64,000 bases of DNA from Thermoplasmata archaeon (GCA_046704665.1 JBJKRJ010000057.1:12030-76029), one strand, 5' to 3'. Positions 9,897-20,121 are shown, counted from the stretch's first letter. Notes: generated from the letters alone by a model not told the origin. Numbers and translations: made by a program.

Positions 9897-11576
9897 ATGC
9901 CTCCGTCCGGGCCTTCTCGGCTCCCGCTCACCGAACGCGTGAGACCGACGCATCTCGAGGAGTTGATCGGGAACCCACGGGCCCGGGCCGACCTCCGTGC
10001 CTGGGCGGACCGGTGGCGGGGGGAGCGACTGCCCTCCCGCCGCGCCGCGGTCCTCTCCGGGCCGGCCGGGGTCGGGAAGACGACGGCGGCCTGGGCGGTC
10101 GCGAACGACCTCGGCTGGACCGTGGTCGAGATGAACGCTTCCGACGCGCGGAACGAGCGGGCGATCGAGCGGGTCGCCGGTCGAGCGAGCGTGACCCATA
10201 CGCTCGACGAGAGGTCGACCTCCCGTTCGAAGTCCCGCGCATTGATCCTGCTCGATGAAGCGGACTGCCTGACCGGCCGAGCGGCCGAGTCCTCTCCGAC
10301 GAAACGGGCACCGCCCTCCCTGCGGGAGTATCTGCGAGGCCGGTACCGTTCGATCGAGTCGCTCAACGCGGCCTACGGCCTGAAACCGTCGACCAAGCCT
10401 GCCCCCTTCAAGGACTGGGAGTCGGTGCCCAGATCTCCCGGAAACTACGCGTGGGCGCGTCTCCCGGCGGCCCGTGCCGACATTGAGGACTGGAGGAGCT
10501 CCGCCCAGGCGCCGGACGTGTCCGATCGGGGAGGGATGGCGGCGATCGCACGCCTCGTCCGCGGGACGCTCCAGCCGGTCGTGCTGACCGTCAACGACGA
10601 GGAGGTCCTGACCCGCTACTCCCCCATCTTCCGGAACTCGGTCACCCGGATCCGCTTCTATCCGGTGCGGTACGACGAGCTCCGCCCCCGGCTCGACCAG
10701 ATCGCTCGGTCCGAGAAGATCCGGCTCGCTCCGGGGGTGATCGAGGCGATCGTCCAGCGCGCACAGGGCGACGTGCGCGCCGCGCTGAACGACCTCGAAG
10801 CGATCGCGCCGATCGAAGCCGGACCCCTCCAACTGAGCGTACTCGGTGCCCGGGACCTCGGCGCGGATCTCGCCGCGATGACCGAGGAGGCCCTGAGCGC
10901 TCCCCGATTCTACCGTTCGGTCGAGGTCCAGAGCCGTCTCGATACGCCGCCCGACGATCTCCTCCCGTGGATCGAAGAGAATCTTCCCCACTTCGCTCCC
11001 GACGCCGAGCGGAGGGCCGACGCGTTCGAGGTCCTCGCCACGGCCGAACGATTCCTCATGCACGCCCGGCGAGCGCGGGTCTGGAGCCAGTGGAGCTACG
11101 CCTCCGAGCTCCTGACCGGAGGCGTCGGCCTCGCCCTTCGCGACCGACCGATCCCCCGGTCGAACGGGGCCGCCTTCCCGCGATTCCTCAGCGAGATGGG
11201 CCGTTCGAAGGCGTTTCGGGCGACCCGGGACGCTCTCACGGCCAAAGCGAGCACCCGGTTCCATCTCTCCCGAAGGAAAGGTCGCGAAGTCGTCGTTCCG
11301 TTCCTGGAGCGCATCTTCGCGTCGGTGGCCGGAGTGCGTCGGTCACCGGAGTTCGGCAGCCTCGCCCGAGCGATCGCCTCCGAGCTTGAGCTCACTCCCG
11401 AAGAGGTCGCGTTCCTCGTCCGTCGCGAGCCGGACTCGAGAGAAGTCCACCGGATCCTCGGGCCACCGGAGGCCGACGAGACGGAGGAGCGATCGGACGC
11501 GGAGCGGGATCCGTCACCGAACCCCTCCGGGGGAGCGCGACCCAAGCAGCGACAGCTCTCCGAGTTTGGGGGCTAG
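9897..11576 (+). CDS. rfcL: Replication factor C large subunit
   Basis: LEELIGNPRA...AAVLSGPAGVGKTTAAWAVANDLGWTVVEMNASD is a clamp-loader Walker A and matches the archaeal RfcL domain order. 559 aa with an acidic C-terminal tail. Confidence 0.85.
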   Translation: MPPSGPSRLPLTERVRPTHLEELIGNPRARADLRAWADRWRGERLPSRRAAVLSGPAGVGKTTAAWAVANDLGWTVVEMNASDARNERAIERVAGRASVTHTLDERSTSRSKSRALILLDEADCLTGRAAESSPTKRAPPSLREYLRGRYRSIESLNAAYGLKPSTKPAPFKDWESVPRSPGNYAWARLPAARADIEDWRSSAQAPDVSDRGGMAAIARLVRGTLQPVVLTVNDEEVLTRYSPIFRNSVTRIRFYPVRYDELRPRLDQIARSEKIRLAPGVIEAIVQRAQGDVRAALNDLEAIAPIEAGPLQLSVLGARDLGADLAAMTEEALSAPRFYRSVEVQSRLDTPPDDLLPWIEENLPHFAPDAERRADAFEVLATAERFLMHARRARVWSQWSYASELLTGGVGLALRDRPIPRSNGAAFPRFLSEMGRSKAFRATRDALTAKASTRFHLSRRKGREVVVPFLERIFASVAGVRRSPEFGSLARAIASELELTPEEVAFLVRREPDSREVHRILGPPEADETEERSDAERDPSPNPSGGARPKQRQLSEFGG

Positions 11577-11604
11577 CGAACCCCCGAGCCCCAGGATTCG
11601 GGGC

Positions 11605-12042
11605 TCACTCGAGGCGTGCGTGGACCGAGATGGCGACGTTCCCCTTGAGCGCGCCCGAGATCGGGCAGCCCTGGCTCGCCGCCGTCGCCGCGGCCTCGAA
11701 CTCGGAGGGGGAGATCCCCGGGACCCGGCCGACCACGCCGAGCTCCATCGTCGTGACCTTCCACGCCTCCCCGACCTTGTCGAACGTCGCGGTCGCGGTG
11801 ACGCTCAGGCGCTCGGGTGGTTTCTGCTGGCGACCCAGTCCCGCCGATAGCGCCATGGAGAAGCACGCCGCGTGCGCGGCCGCGAGCAGCTCCTCGGGAC
11901 TCGTCTTGCCGCCGGGGGTCTCCGTGCGTGCGGCCCAGCTCACCGCAAGTTCCCCGAACGCTCCGCTCGTGCCCTTGACCGTTCCGTGCCCGTGGACAAG
12001 ATCGTGTTCCCAGACCGCCTCGGCCGTCCGTTTCGCCACCAT
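11605..12042 (-). CDS. OsmC/Ohr family peroxiredoxin-like protein
   Basis: ...SPEELLAAAHAACFSMALS...GCPIS... is an OsmC fold with the conserved Cys pair. 145 aa. A TATA-like box lies 27 nt upstream. Confidence 0.85.
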   Translation of the reverse strand: MVAKRTAEAVWEHDLVHGHGTVKGTSGAFGELAVSWAARTETPGGKTSPEELLAAAHAACFSMALSAGLGRQQKPPERLSVTATATFDKVGEAWKVTTMELGVVGRVPGISPSEFEAAATAASQGCPISGALKGNVAISVHARLE

Positions 12043-12065
12043 GCGGCGAAGAACCCCGGTCGCAA

Positions 12066-12072
12066 TTTAAAA
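12066..12072 (-). promoter_or_regulatory. Archaeal TATA-like box (tttaaaa, palindromic) about 27 nt upstream of the osmC-family ATG at 12042. It could also serve the plus-strand gene that starts at 12133.
   Basis: This AT-rich heptamer sits in 70% GC DNA at the canonical -26/-27 distance from a start codon. Confidence 0.45.
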
Positions 12073-12132
12073 GCGTGCCCCACGTCGGCCGGCGAGAGCC
12101 AAAGTTTTTGCCGACCGACGGATAGGAAGGAC

Positions 12133-12579
12133 ATGGCGCTCGCTCTCCAGGACCTCCCGAAGTACATGGTGATCGAGCCCTCGTCGACATTGCGTCTCGA
12201 CATGCGCCTCGACAGCCCCGCCTGCGAGATCGACATCTCGCTCGACAACCCGAAACCGGGTCGCTCCTTCGTACTGATGATCGGGCACCCGGGGGGACCG
12301 TACGTGCAGCGCGTGCGTCTCGCCGGCAAGGCCCGGGTCTTCTTCGACCCTCAGTCTCCGGGGAACTACGTGCTCCTCCTCTCCAACCCGGACCGCGCCC
12401 CCATCGTGCTGCGTCTTCGGGGTCGTGGCATCGGCGCTCCGCGGGTCGTGAAGCGGCCGGGTCGGCGCCGAAAGACCCGGCCTCGCGCCGAGCGGGGAAC
12501 GGAGCGGCCGGTCCGCCTGGCCCGTTCGAAGCCAGCGTCCTCGCCGTCCGCTCCGGAGTCCGACGGAGCGTCCCTTTGA
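12133..12579 (+). CDS. Hypothetical protein (148 aa) with a basic Arg/Lys-rich C-terminal tail
   Basis: An ATG at 12133 is in frame with track ORF 11872-12579. An earlier start is excluded because it would overlap osmC. Confidence 0.4.
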   Translation: MALALQDLPKYMVIEPSSTLRLDMRLDSPACEIDISLDNPKPGRSFVLMIGHPGGPYVQRVRLAGKARVFFDPQSPGNYVLLLSNPDRAPIVLRLRGRGIGAPRVVKRPGRRRKTRPRAERGTERPVRLARSKPASSPSAPESDGASL

Positions 12580-12628
12580 CCCGCGTCTTCGTCCGTTTTC
12601 CCCGGGCGCTCGGGCGCCGCCGGGCCGC

Positions 12629-13411
12629 TTGTCGGAAACGATGATCGCACCGACGATCCCGGTCTCCCGGGCCCGGGCCTGGCGTCGCCGATGGGATCGA
12701 CAGCAGCAAGGGCTCCTGCCCCGGCGAGAGCAACGCTTCGGAGCGATCTCCTACTCCCTGGGCCTCGCGCTCGGGTCCCGGTTCCGGGTACTGGACCTCG
12801 GGTGCGGCACGGGTTCCTTGTCGGAGCGGATCCTCGCGGAGTACCCGCACGCGCGCGCGGTCGCCCTCGATTACGACCCGGTGCTCCTCGCGCTCGGCCG
12901 AAAAGGCCTCGGAGCCGTCGGAGGGCGCCTCACCTGGGTCGAGGCCGATCTCCGCCGTGCCGGGTGGGAGAGGGCGCTTCCCGCCGGACGGTTCGACGCG
13001 GTGGTTTCGAGCACGGCGCTCCATTGGCTGACCGCCCGCGAGCTCGCCCAGGTGTACCGGACGCTCGCGCGGCGACTGCGGCCGGGGGGACTCTTCCTCG
13101 ACGGAGATTGGATCGCCTTCGGCGGCGCATCCCTCCGGTTCCGCGCGATCGCGCGAAGGGCCGGTCGGCACTCCCGGGCGCCGGGGACCGGCCGCGGCGA
13201 GAGCTGGAACGAGTGGTGGCGCGCCGTGCTCCGCGACCCTCACCTCGCGGCGGAGGCGAAGCTCCATCGAAGCCGGTTCCCTCACGCCCACTCCACGGTC
13301 CAGACCCCGGACCTGCCCGGGCACCGTCGCCTGCTCCGGCGCGCCGGGTTCCGAGAGGTCGAGGTCGTCTGGTCGTACTGGCAGAACCGGATCCTCGGGG
13401 CCGTCCGTTGA
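12629..13411 (+). CDS. Class I SAM-dependent methyltransferase
   Basis: The VLDLGCGTGSL motif I is followed by LHWL; this is a methyltransferase fold. Confidence 0.75.
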   Translation: MSETMIAPTIPVSRARAWRRRWDRQQQGLLPRREQRFGAISYSLGLALGSRFRVLDLGCGTGSLSERILAEYPHARAVALDYDPVLLALGRKGLGAVGGRLTWVEADLRRAGWERALPAGRFDAVVSSTALHWLTARELAQVYRTLARRLRPGGLFLDGDWIAFGGASLRFRAIARRAGRHSRAPGTGRGESWNEWWRAVLRDPHLAAEAKLHRSRFPHAHSTVQTPDLPGHRRLLRRAGFREVEVVWSYWQNRILGAVR

Positions 13412-13537
13412 CCCCGTGCCGGCCCGGACCCCCTCGTCCGTCCCGAGACCGGGCCTGCCCGAAGACTTGAAGGGAGGGGATGCTCCCCCTCGAGCCATCG
13501 CGCGGATCGGGCGGAGGACGGAACCGAGGAGGATCGA

Positions 13538-14170
13538 GTGAGCGACCTTGCGTTCTACGCGGCGGTGATCGTCAGTCTCTTCGCGATCGTCGACCCGATC
13601 GGGACGCTCCCGTTCTTCGTCGCGCTGACGGACGGCTTCGACGAGGACGATCGACGGATCATCCTGCGCCGGGCGGTCATGGTGCTCGGGGGGCTCCTTA
13701 CGGTCTTCGCGCTGGTCGGTCGGTTCGTCTTCGCCGCGTTCGGGTTCTCGCTCGGTGCGTTCGAGATCGCCGGTGGGATCCTCTTGTTCGTGATCGCCTA
13801 CGACATGCTGCAGGGCGAGATCGGGCGGACCCGGCTCTCGGCCCAGGACCGGGAGGAGGCGATCGCCCGCCGGGACGAGATCTCGGTCATGCCGCTCGGG
13901 ATCCCCCTCCTGGCCGGGCCCGGAGCGATCTCGACCGTGATGATCTACGAGGCGAACGCGGGCAGCGACCCGTTCCTCATCCCCGCGACGTTCGTGGGGG
14001 TCCTCACCACCACGGTCGCGACGTTCTTCATCCTGCGCTACGGCCAGCGGATCCTTCGGGCGATGGGCCGTGTCGGCGTGATGGCGCTGACGCGCGTCCT
14101 GGGCCTTCTCCTCGCGGCGGTCGGAGTTCAGTTCGTCCTCAACGGGATCGCCGCCTTCCACCCGCTCTGA
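13538..14170 (+). CDS. MarC family integral membrane protein
   Basis: The N-terminus YAAVIVSLFAIVDPIGTLPFFVALT is MarC/UPF0056-like, with 6 predicted TM helices. Confidence 0.8.
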   Translation: MSDLAFYAAVIVSLFAIVDPIGTLPFFVALTDGFDEDDRRIILRRAVMVLGGLLTVFALVGRFVFAAFGFSLGAFEIAGGILLFVIAYDMLQGEIGRTRLSAQDREEAIARRDEISVMPLGIPLLAGPGAISTVMIYEANAGSDPFLIPATFVGVLTTTVATFFILRYGQRILRAMGRVGVMALTRVLGLLLAAVGVQFVLNGIAAFHPL

Positions 14171-14819
14171 CCGCTCGGGCGGGACGAGTCCGCGCCGGGC
14201 GACGGGCCTGGCGGCCCGGGGCGGAGGGCGCCGGCCGACGGCCCCGCCGCGCGAGCATGAGGCTCGAAGGGGTCCGGGGGTTCCGTTCGGCGGCCCAGAC
14301 CTTTTCGCCCGCGCGGACCGGCACCGGTAAATCGTTCTCGGCGGGAGGGAAGCCGCACTCGTAGTCGTCGGTGTAGGCGCAGTACGGGTTGAACGCGCGA
14401 TTGAAGTCGAGGTCGTACTCGTCCGACTCCGTCAGCTCGAGCGTGAGGTACCGTCCGGGCCCGTAGCTATCCCGGCCGCTTGTCGCATCCCGGAACGGCA
14501 CGAAGACCGACGTGCCCACCCCTTCGCCCGCGTGGTAGACCCGGAGGCGGAGCCCACGTCGGCGCAGGGTGAACACGAGGTCCCCCAGGTAGCGCATCAC
14601 CGCCTGGTTGTCCCGGTTCGTCCGCAGGTATGCCTCCTCCGGGGCCGGGACCCGCTCGAGGCGCGCGGCAACCCGGAACCGGGGGTCGAGGGGGAAGTAC
14701 TGGAGCGGGTGGAACGGCACCCGACCGGCGACAAAGGGGGACTCCGGGTGGCGCGCCATGAACTCGTCCTTCATCGTCCGCTCGGTCTCGAGCTCCCGGT
14801 GCCATCGGTCGTCGCCCAT
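14139..14819 (-). CDS. DUF1684-like protein
   Basis: ...FPLDPRFRV...YLGDLVFTL...YCAYTDDYECGFPPAEN is similar to the DUF1684 family. Confidence 0.55.
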   Translation of the reverse strand: MGDDRWHRELETERTMKDEFMARHPESPFVAGRVPFHPLQYFPLDPRFRVAARLERVPAPEEAYLRTNRDNQAVMRYLGDLVFTLRRRGLRLRVYHAGEGVGTSVFVPFRDATSGRDSYGPGRYLTLELTESDEYDLDFNRAFNPYCAYTDDYECGFPPAENDLPVPVRAGEKVWAAERNPRTPSSLMLARRGRRPAPSAPGRQARRPARTRPARAVRAGGRRRSR

Positions 14820-14843
14820 CGCCGAGCCGAGCCGGACTTCGGT

Positions 14844-15428
14844 TTAACGCTTCGCGGGAGCTTCGGACCGGTCGTCGAACAGGAGAACCATCTCGTCCTC
14901 GTCGAGGTACTCCCCGCTCCGGCGGACCGCCCGGGGGAGATGGCCGGAGTCCACGAACCCGAACCGAGCGTAGAGCCGCTTCGCGGCCTGGTTGACGGTG
15001 AAGACGGAGAGGCGGACCACCCGGAAGTGGTCCCGGGCCTCCCGGAGGGCATGCCGAAGCAGGGCGGTGCCGACGCCCTTCCCGCGGTGGTCTTCGTCCA
15101 CCAGGATCCCCAGCACACCGACATGGGCCTGTTCGGACGACGGGCTTGGGCCGAGACGCCCGATGTGGCAGTTGCCCACGACCCGTCCGTCCCGTTCCGC
15201 GACGGACCAGACGTCGTCCCCCCGGACGACCCGGGCGTACTGCTGGGAGAACCAGCCGACCTCGTCGGCGAGTGACGGACGTTCCCGAAAGAGCGTGATC
15301 CCGATCCGGTCCCCTCGGTCGCGTTCCTCGTAGAGATGGTAGTAGGTCTCCCGAAGGTCGTCGAAGTCCGTCCACCGGACGCTACGAACGACGAGCGGGG
15401 TCGCGCCGTTCTCCCTGGTCTCCGCCAC
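14844..15428 (-). CDS. GNAT family N-acetyltransferase
   Basis: ...VGVLGILVDEDHRGKGVGTALLRHAL... is an acetyl-CoA binding motif (Q/RxxGxG/A). Confidence 0.8.
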   Translation of the reverse strand: MAETRENGATPLVVRSVRWTDFDDLRETYYHLYEERDRGDRIGITLFRERPSLADEVGWFSQQYARVVRGDDVWSVAERDGRVVGNCHIGRLGPSPSSEQAHVGVLGILVDEDHRGKGVGTALLRHALREARDHFRVVRLSVFTVNQAAKRLYARFGFVDSGHLPRAVRRSGEYLDEDEMVLLFDDRSEAPAKR

Positions 15429-15449
15429 CGGCTACCGGGCCGTGCCCTC

Positions 15450-15845
15450 TCAGGCGTACCCGAACTGGCGCTTGGCGAAATCGCTCATCCGCTCCGGAGT
15501 CCAGGGCGGGTCCCAGATCAGGTCGACCGTCGCCCCCTTCACATTCGGGACCTTCTCGATCGCCATCTTGATCTCCTCGGCAAGGATGCCGGCGACCGGA
15601 CAGCCCGGGGCGGTGAGGGTCATCTTCAGGGTGACCGAGTCGCCCGCCCACTCGAAGCCGTAGATGAGCCCGAGGTCGACGATGTTCATCGGGATCTCGG
15701 GGTCGTAGATCTGCTTGAGATTCTCGGTGATCAGTCGTTCGCGCTCGGCGTACGCTCCCGAGGGCGCTGCGGCGTCGGGATTCGGCGCCTCTTCCTTATT
15801 GGCGGAGGGGGCGGGCGGGGTCGGCGTGCTCATGCCTCCGTCCAC
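15450..15845 (-). CDS. DUF59 (MIP18/SufT-like) Fe-S cluster assembly protein
   Basis: NIVDLGLIYG...TLTAPGCPVAGIL... is the DUF59 signature with a conserved Cys. Confidence 0.8.
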   Translation of the reverse strand: MDGGMSTPTPPAPSANKEEAPNPDAAAPSGAYAERERLITENLKQIYDPEIPMNIVDLGLIYGFEWAGDSVTLKMTLTAPGCPVAGILAEEIKMAIEKVPNVKGATVDLIWDPPWTPERMSDFAKRQFGYA

Positions 15846-15909
15846 CGCCCGACCCCCTAAAAGAGCTACGTTTCGACCGAGTTGCCCTTACGTAAGTGGC
15901 CCGAACCTG

Positions 15910-15916
15910 TTTAAAT
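15910..15916 (+). promoter_or_regulatory. Archaeal TATA-like box (tttaaat) 26 nt upstream of the mptA ATG, implying a leaderless transcript
   Basis: The box is gtttaaatgg; the ATG at 15939 lies 26 nt from the box centre. Confidence 0.5.
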
Positions 15917-15938
15917 GGAACGGCCCGTGGCACGACCG

Positions 15939-16847
15939 ATGCGCGATATGCACGCCGAGGCTCCCGCCCGTGGCCGCCTCAAGCTGAGGTCGGTGGGGAT
16001 CTCGGGGATCCGCAAGCCGCTCGTGGTCCAGCGCCCCGACCGCCAAGTGACGCTCGCCGTCACGTTCCGGGTCTCGGTCGACCTGCCGTCGGACAAGAAA
16101 GGCTCGGACCTCTCCCGGAACGCCGAGGTCCTGGCCGAGGTGGTCGACTCGACCGTGACCCAACCGGTCGACGGGCTCGAGTCCGCCTGCTCGGCGATCG
16201 CGGCGGAGCTCCTGGACCGCCACGCCTATGCGAGCGAGGCCTCGGTCGAGGGCTCGGCCGAGTACTTCCTGAGGAAGGGGATCTCGGAGGAGCGGCGGAG
16301 CTTCGAGGACTATACGCTGCTCGCCGAGGCGGTCGCGGTCCGAGGCGCGGACGGAAAGGTCCATCTGCGCCGGGCGGTCGGGGCCGAGGCGGTCGGGATG
16401 ACGGCGTGCCCCTGCGCGATGGAGACCTGCCGCGCCGAGCTGGTCCGCGAGTACCCGTCGCTCGCCGGGACCGAGCTCGAGAGCCTGCCGATGATCACGC
16501 ACAATCAGCGGAACCGGACCCGCCTGATCTTCGAGCTCGAGGACTCGGGGGAGGTCGAGGTCGACCGGGTCATCGAGACGATCGAGGCCGCCCAGTCGAG
16601 CCCGACGTATGCGATCCTGAAGCGCGGGGACGAAGGCGAGCTCGTCCTCCGCGCGCATCGCCGCCCGAAGTTCGTCGAGGACGTGCTGCGCGACCTGCTC
16701 TCGAGCGTTCCCGAGCGGTTCCCGAACCTCGCCGATGCGACGATCGTTCGGGCGAGCACCCTGAGCGAGGAGTCGATCCACAAGTACAACGTGGAGGCGG
16801 CGCATCGGATCCTGCTCGGAGAACTCCGACAGCCGGGTGATCGATAG
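15939..16847 (+). CDS. mptA: GTP cyclohydrolase MptA (FolE2 family, archaeal type)
   Basis: ...SVDLPSDKKGSDLSRNAEVL...GMTACPCAMETC... is the FolE2/MptA family. The start was moved to MRDMHAE because the track ATG at 15915 lies inside the TATA box. Confidence 0.8.
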   Translation: MRDMHAEAPARGRLKLRSVGISGIRKPLVVQRPDRQVTLAVTFRVSVDLPSDKKGSDLSRNAEVLAEVVDSTVTQPVDGLESACSAIAAELLDRHAYASEASVEGSAEYFLRKGISEERRSFEDYTLLAEAVAVRGADGKVHLRRAVGAEAVGMTACPCAMETCRAELVREYPSLAGTELESLPMITHNQRNRTRLIFELEDSGEVEVDRVIETIEAAQSSPTYAILKRGDEGELVLRAHRRPKFVEDVLRDLLSSVPERFPNLADATIVRASTLSEESIHKYNVEAAHRILLGELRQPGDR

Positions 16848-16865
16848 GCACCCGAGGAGACGACG

Positions 16866-18161
16866 GTGCGCTACGCCTGGGACGCGATCCGACGGCGCCC
16901 CCGCCGTTCTGCGATGACCGCGCTCGGCATCGGCCTCGCGGTCGGTCTCGTCGTGATGCTGTTGTCGCTCTCGAACGGGATCACGGACAGCGCCACCGAG
17001 CTCGCCACCCAGAGCGGGGTCGACCTCATCGGCGCGGCGCCGAACACTTCCCTCACGTCCACCGCCTTCCCTCCGATCGCGGACGCGCACTCGCTCGCCA
17101 CCCGCGTCCCCCTGGCCGACCCGAACGTGGTGACGGCGAGCCCGTGGCTCATCGCGAATCTCGTCTTCGGCAACGCTTCGCTGAGGGCGGCGGCCGACAA
17201 CGGGACCGCCCCCTCGAGCTGGGTCCCCACGGGGTCGGGCGTGGTCGGATGGATCCCATCGAACAACGGAGGGCTCGAGACCCCCACCGTGTACAACGGG
17301 ACGGGGTTTTCGATCGCGGGGGACCCTCACTTCGCGAACGGGACCTACCAGGGCCCGGAGACCCACGAGATCGTGCTCGATCGGGCGCTCGCCCAGGTGT
17401 TGCAGGTCAGCGTGAACGACTCCGTCTGGGCGAGCCCGACGACGCCCGGTACGGGCACCTCGCTCTCCTCGTGGTACGCGAACGCGACCGAGTTCCGGAT
17501 CGTCGGGGTCTCGGGCCCCTTCTTCCTGATCCCTTCCGCGTTGCTCGCCTTCACCTACCTTTCGGAGCTGCAGTCGCTGCTGGGCAGTTTCTACACCTAT
17601 CAGGACTACGCCTCGCTGCTCCTCGTCCACCTCCATGACCCTACCGTGGCCGCGAGCGATCAGGCGAAGCTCTTCGCGGCGTTCCCCCAGCTCTCGTGGA
17701 TCACCCTCTCCCAGGTCCTCGGGGCGATCGAGCACGTCGTGAATCTCTACCGCACGTTCGGGACGCTCATCGGCGTGATCGGGATCGTGGTCGCCGCCCT
17801 CTTCACGACGACCGTCCTGCAGATGTCGGTCGACGACCGGAGCCGTGAGCTGGCCCTCCTTCGGGCGATCGGTCAGACCCGGGCTTCCGTGGGCCTCGCG
17901 ATCGTGGAGGAGTCGATCCTGCTCGCTGCGATCGGGTTCGTGATCGGTCTCCCGGTCGCCTATCTCGGAGCGAGCGGGGTCAACCTCCTCCTGCTACGGC
18001 TCGTGGAGGGGCTCCCGACGGCCTTCTCGTTCATCGTGTTCAATACCGGGATCATCCTGGACGGCATCCTCCTCGTGCTCGCGGTCGGGCTCGTCGCCGC
18101 GATCGCCCCCGCCGCCCGGGCGATGCAGCTGCCGGTGGCGGAGGAGCTGCGCGCCCCATGA
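16866..18161 (+). CDS. ABC transporter permease, FtsX/MacB-like, with a large extracytoplasmic domain
   Basis: An N-terminal TM is followed by a periplasmic-like domain and a C-terminal 3-TM FtsX-type bundle. The stop overlaps the next start by 4 nt. Confidence 0.75.
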   Translation: MRYAWDAIRRRPRRSAMTALGIGLAVGLVVMLLSLSNGITDSATELATQSGVDLIGAAPNTSLTSTAFPPIADAHSLATRVPLADPNVVTASPWLIANLVFGNASLRAAADNGTAPSSWVPTGSGVVGWIPSNNGGLETPTVYNGTGFSIAGDPHFANGTYQGPETHEIVLDRALAQVLQVSVNDSVWASPTTPGTGTSLSSWYANATEFRIVGVSGPFFLIPSALLAFTYLSELQSLLGSFYTYQDYASLLLVHLHDPTVAASDQAKLFAAFPQLSWITLSQVLGAIEHVVNLYRTFGTLIGVIGIVVAALFTTTVLQMSVDDRSRELALLRAIGQTRASVGLAIVEESILLAAIGFVIGLPVAYLGASGVNLLLLRLVEGLPTAFSFIVFNTGIILDGILLVLAVGLVAAIAPAARAMQLPVAEELRAP

Positions 18162-19411
18162 TCAGCCTCGGACGCGGCGGCTCGCTCAAGCACGCGCGGC
18201 TCCAGCTCGTCCTCACGGTCGCCGCCATCGCCGCCGCGGTCGCCCTCCCGGTCGTCCTGATCAGCGTCGGCGGAGGGGTATCGGCCCACGAGCTCGCGAA
18301 CCTCCAGAACGCGGGCTACCAGATCGTGGTCAGTGCGGCAGGGATCAATGGGATCTCCCATGCCCATACCCTCACCCACGAGATCCGCGGAGTGGGTTCG
18401 GTGACGGTCGCGTCGCCGGTGCTGAGCGTGCCGGTCGATGCCTACACCAGCGGAAACACCACGGGCTCGTCCGCCGTACTCGCGGAGGGGATCATCCCCG
18501 ATCAGTTCACTCCGACGCTCGGGCCGGCCGAAAAGGGGCTCTTCCCCTCTCCCCTTCCGTTGGGGGATCCGACCGACATGGTCCACTTTGCGAACGGGAC
18601 CTACGCGGGACCGGCGACGTACAGCGTCATCGTCTCGACCCCCTACGCCCTCTCGCACCGCGTGGCGCTCGGGGACCATATCCTGCTCAGTCCGAGCGCG
18701 AACCGCAGCCTCGGGATAGAGTACAATGTCACGGGCCTCTTCGGGGTGGCCCCCACCCTGCTGAGCCCCACCGGCGCCTTCGCGATCCTTCTTCCGCTCT
18801 CCGACCTTCAGATGATGACCGGCTACGGCCCCGCGGCGTCGGCCTCGGTGCCGGACGCGGCCGACACGATCCAGGTCGCCGTCACCGGTCCGGTCGCCAC
18901 GAACCCCTCGGCCCTCACCCAAGTGAGCGACCAGATCCAGTCGCTCGTCCCGTACTACGAGGTGAGCTCGCTCACCCAGGAGGCCGCGCAGCTTCAGTCG
19001 GCGAGCGGCGTCCTCACCGGTTTCTACCTCGCGCTGTCGTCGGTCGGCCTCACGATCGGACTGCTCTTCCTCGCCCTCGTGCTCCTTCGGCGCGTGGAGG
19101 CGGATCAGCGTTCGATCGGGATCCGGCGCGCCCTCGGGCTCCCCGGGCGCATGATCGCCCGCGAGATCGTCCGCGACGGTCTCGTCCTCGCGGCCCTCGG
19201 GTCGGTCGCCGGGATCTTCGCCGGATATTTCGTGGTCGAGGGCCTCGCTACCTGGGCGAGCTCGACCGTGCAGGAGGCCGCCCAGCTCGCGGTGTTCGAT
19301 CCCATCATCCTCCTCGAGATCGCGCTGGGGGTCGCGGGCCTCTCCCTGCTCGCGAGCGCGGTCGCGACCCGCTCGGCGCTCCGGGTCGACATCGTGGAGG
19401 CGCTCCGATGA
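18158..19411 (+). CDS. ABC transporter permease, FtsX/MacB-like (second copy)
   Basis: Same architecture as the preceding gene. It overlaps the ATPase start by 4 nt. Confidence 0.75.
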   Translation: MISLGRGGSLKHARLQLVLTVAAIAAAVALPVVLISVGGGVSAHELANLQNAGYQIVVSAAGINGISHAHTLTHEIRGVGSVTVASPVLSVPVDAYTSGNTTGSSAVLAEGIIPDQFTPTLGPAEKGLFPSPLPLGDPTDMVHFANGTYAGPATYSVIVSTPYALSHRVALGDHILLSPSANRSLGIEYNVTGLFGVAPTLLSPTGAFAILLPLSDLQMMTGYGPAASASVPDAADTIQVAVTGPVATNPSALTQVSDQIQSLVPYYEVSSLTQEAAQLQSASGVLTGFYLALSSVGLTIGLLFLALVLLRRVEADQRSIGIRRALGLPGRMIAREIVRDGLVLAALGSVAGIFAGYFVVEGLATWASSTVQEAAQLAVFDPIILLEIALGVAGLSLLASAVATRSALRVDIVEALR

Positions 19412-20121
19412 GCAGCCCGGCCGAGGTCCGCGCGCCGGCGGTCGCGCTCGAGAACGTGAGCCGGACGTACCTCGCGGGAACCGCGGAGGAGGTGCGGGCC
19501 CTTGCGACGATCACCTTGCACATCGACTCGGGCGAGTTCGTCTCCGTCGAAGGTCCGAGCGGCTGTGGGAAGACCACGCTCCTCAACCTTCTGGGTCTTC
19601 TCGACACTCCCTCCTCCGGAGAGATCCGGTGGGACGGGCGGGCGGTGGGCTCCCTCTCCGACCGGGAGCGGGCCCACCTTCGCCTGCGCGGCGTCGGGTT
19701 CATCTTTCAGCGATTCTACCTCCTCCCGACCTTGACGACCCGAGAGAACGTGGAACTGCCGATGCGGGCGCTCGGCCTGCCCCGCGCCGAGCGGACGCGC
19801 CGCGCCTCCGACCTCCTCGCCGAGGTCGGCCTATCGGGTCGGGAGCGCGCGTTCCCGCACCAGCTCTCGGGCGGCGAGGAGCAGCGGGTCGCGGTCGCGC
19901 GCGCGCTCGCGAACCGCCCCGGCCTGATGCTCGCGGACGAGCCGACGGGCGAGCTCGACACGGGGAACTCGCGCGCGATCCTCGACCTGCTGGAGAAGGT
20001 CCGTCGTGCCCATGCGACCACGCTCGTGCTCGTCACGCACAATCCCGGTGTCGCGGCCCGCGCGAACCGACATCTCACGATGCTCGACGGCGCGGTCGTG
20101 CGCGACGTCACCGGAGCGTGA
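19408..20121 (+). CDS. ABC transporter ATP-binding protein (MacB/LolD-like)
   Basis: Walker A GPSGCGKTT, signature LSGGEEQRVAVARAL and Walker B LMLADEPTGELD are all present. Confidence 0.85.
   Translation: MSSPAEVRAPAVALENVSRTYLAGTAEEVRALATITLHIDSGEFVSVEGPSGCGKTTLLNLLGLLDTPSSGEIRWDGRAVGSLSDRERAHLRLRGVGFIFQRFYLLPTLTTRENVELPMRALGLPRAERTRRASDLLAEVGLSGRERAFPHQLSGGEEQRVAVARALANRPGLMLADEPTGELDTGNSRAILDLLEKVRRAHATTLVLVTHNPGVAARANRHLTMLDGAVVRDVTGA

Noticed and set aside
12066-12135. TATA box initially assigned to the plus-strand gene at 12133
   Set aside because: The distance is about 64 nt. The box sits exactly 27 nt from the minus-strand osmC start, so it is assigned to osmC. It could still be bidirectional.
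15915-15938. Track start codon for mptA at 15915
   Set aside because: That ATG lies inside the TATA box itself. The downstream ATG at 15939 has the correct spacing.
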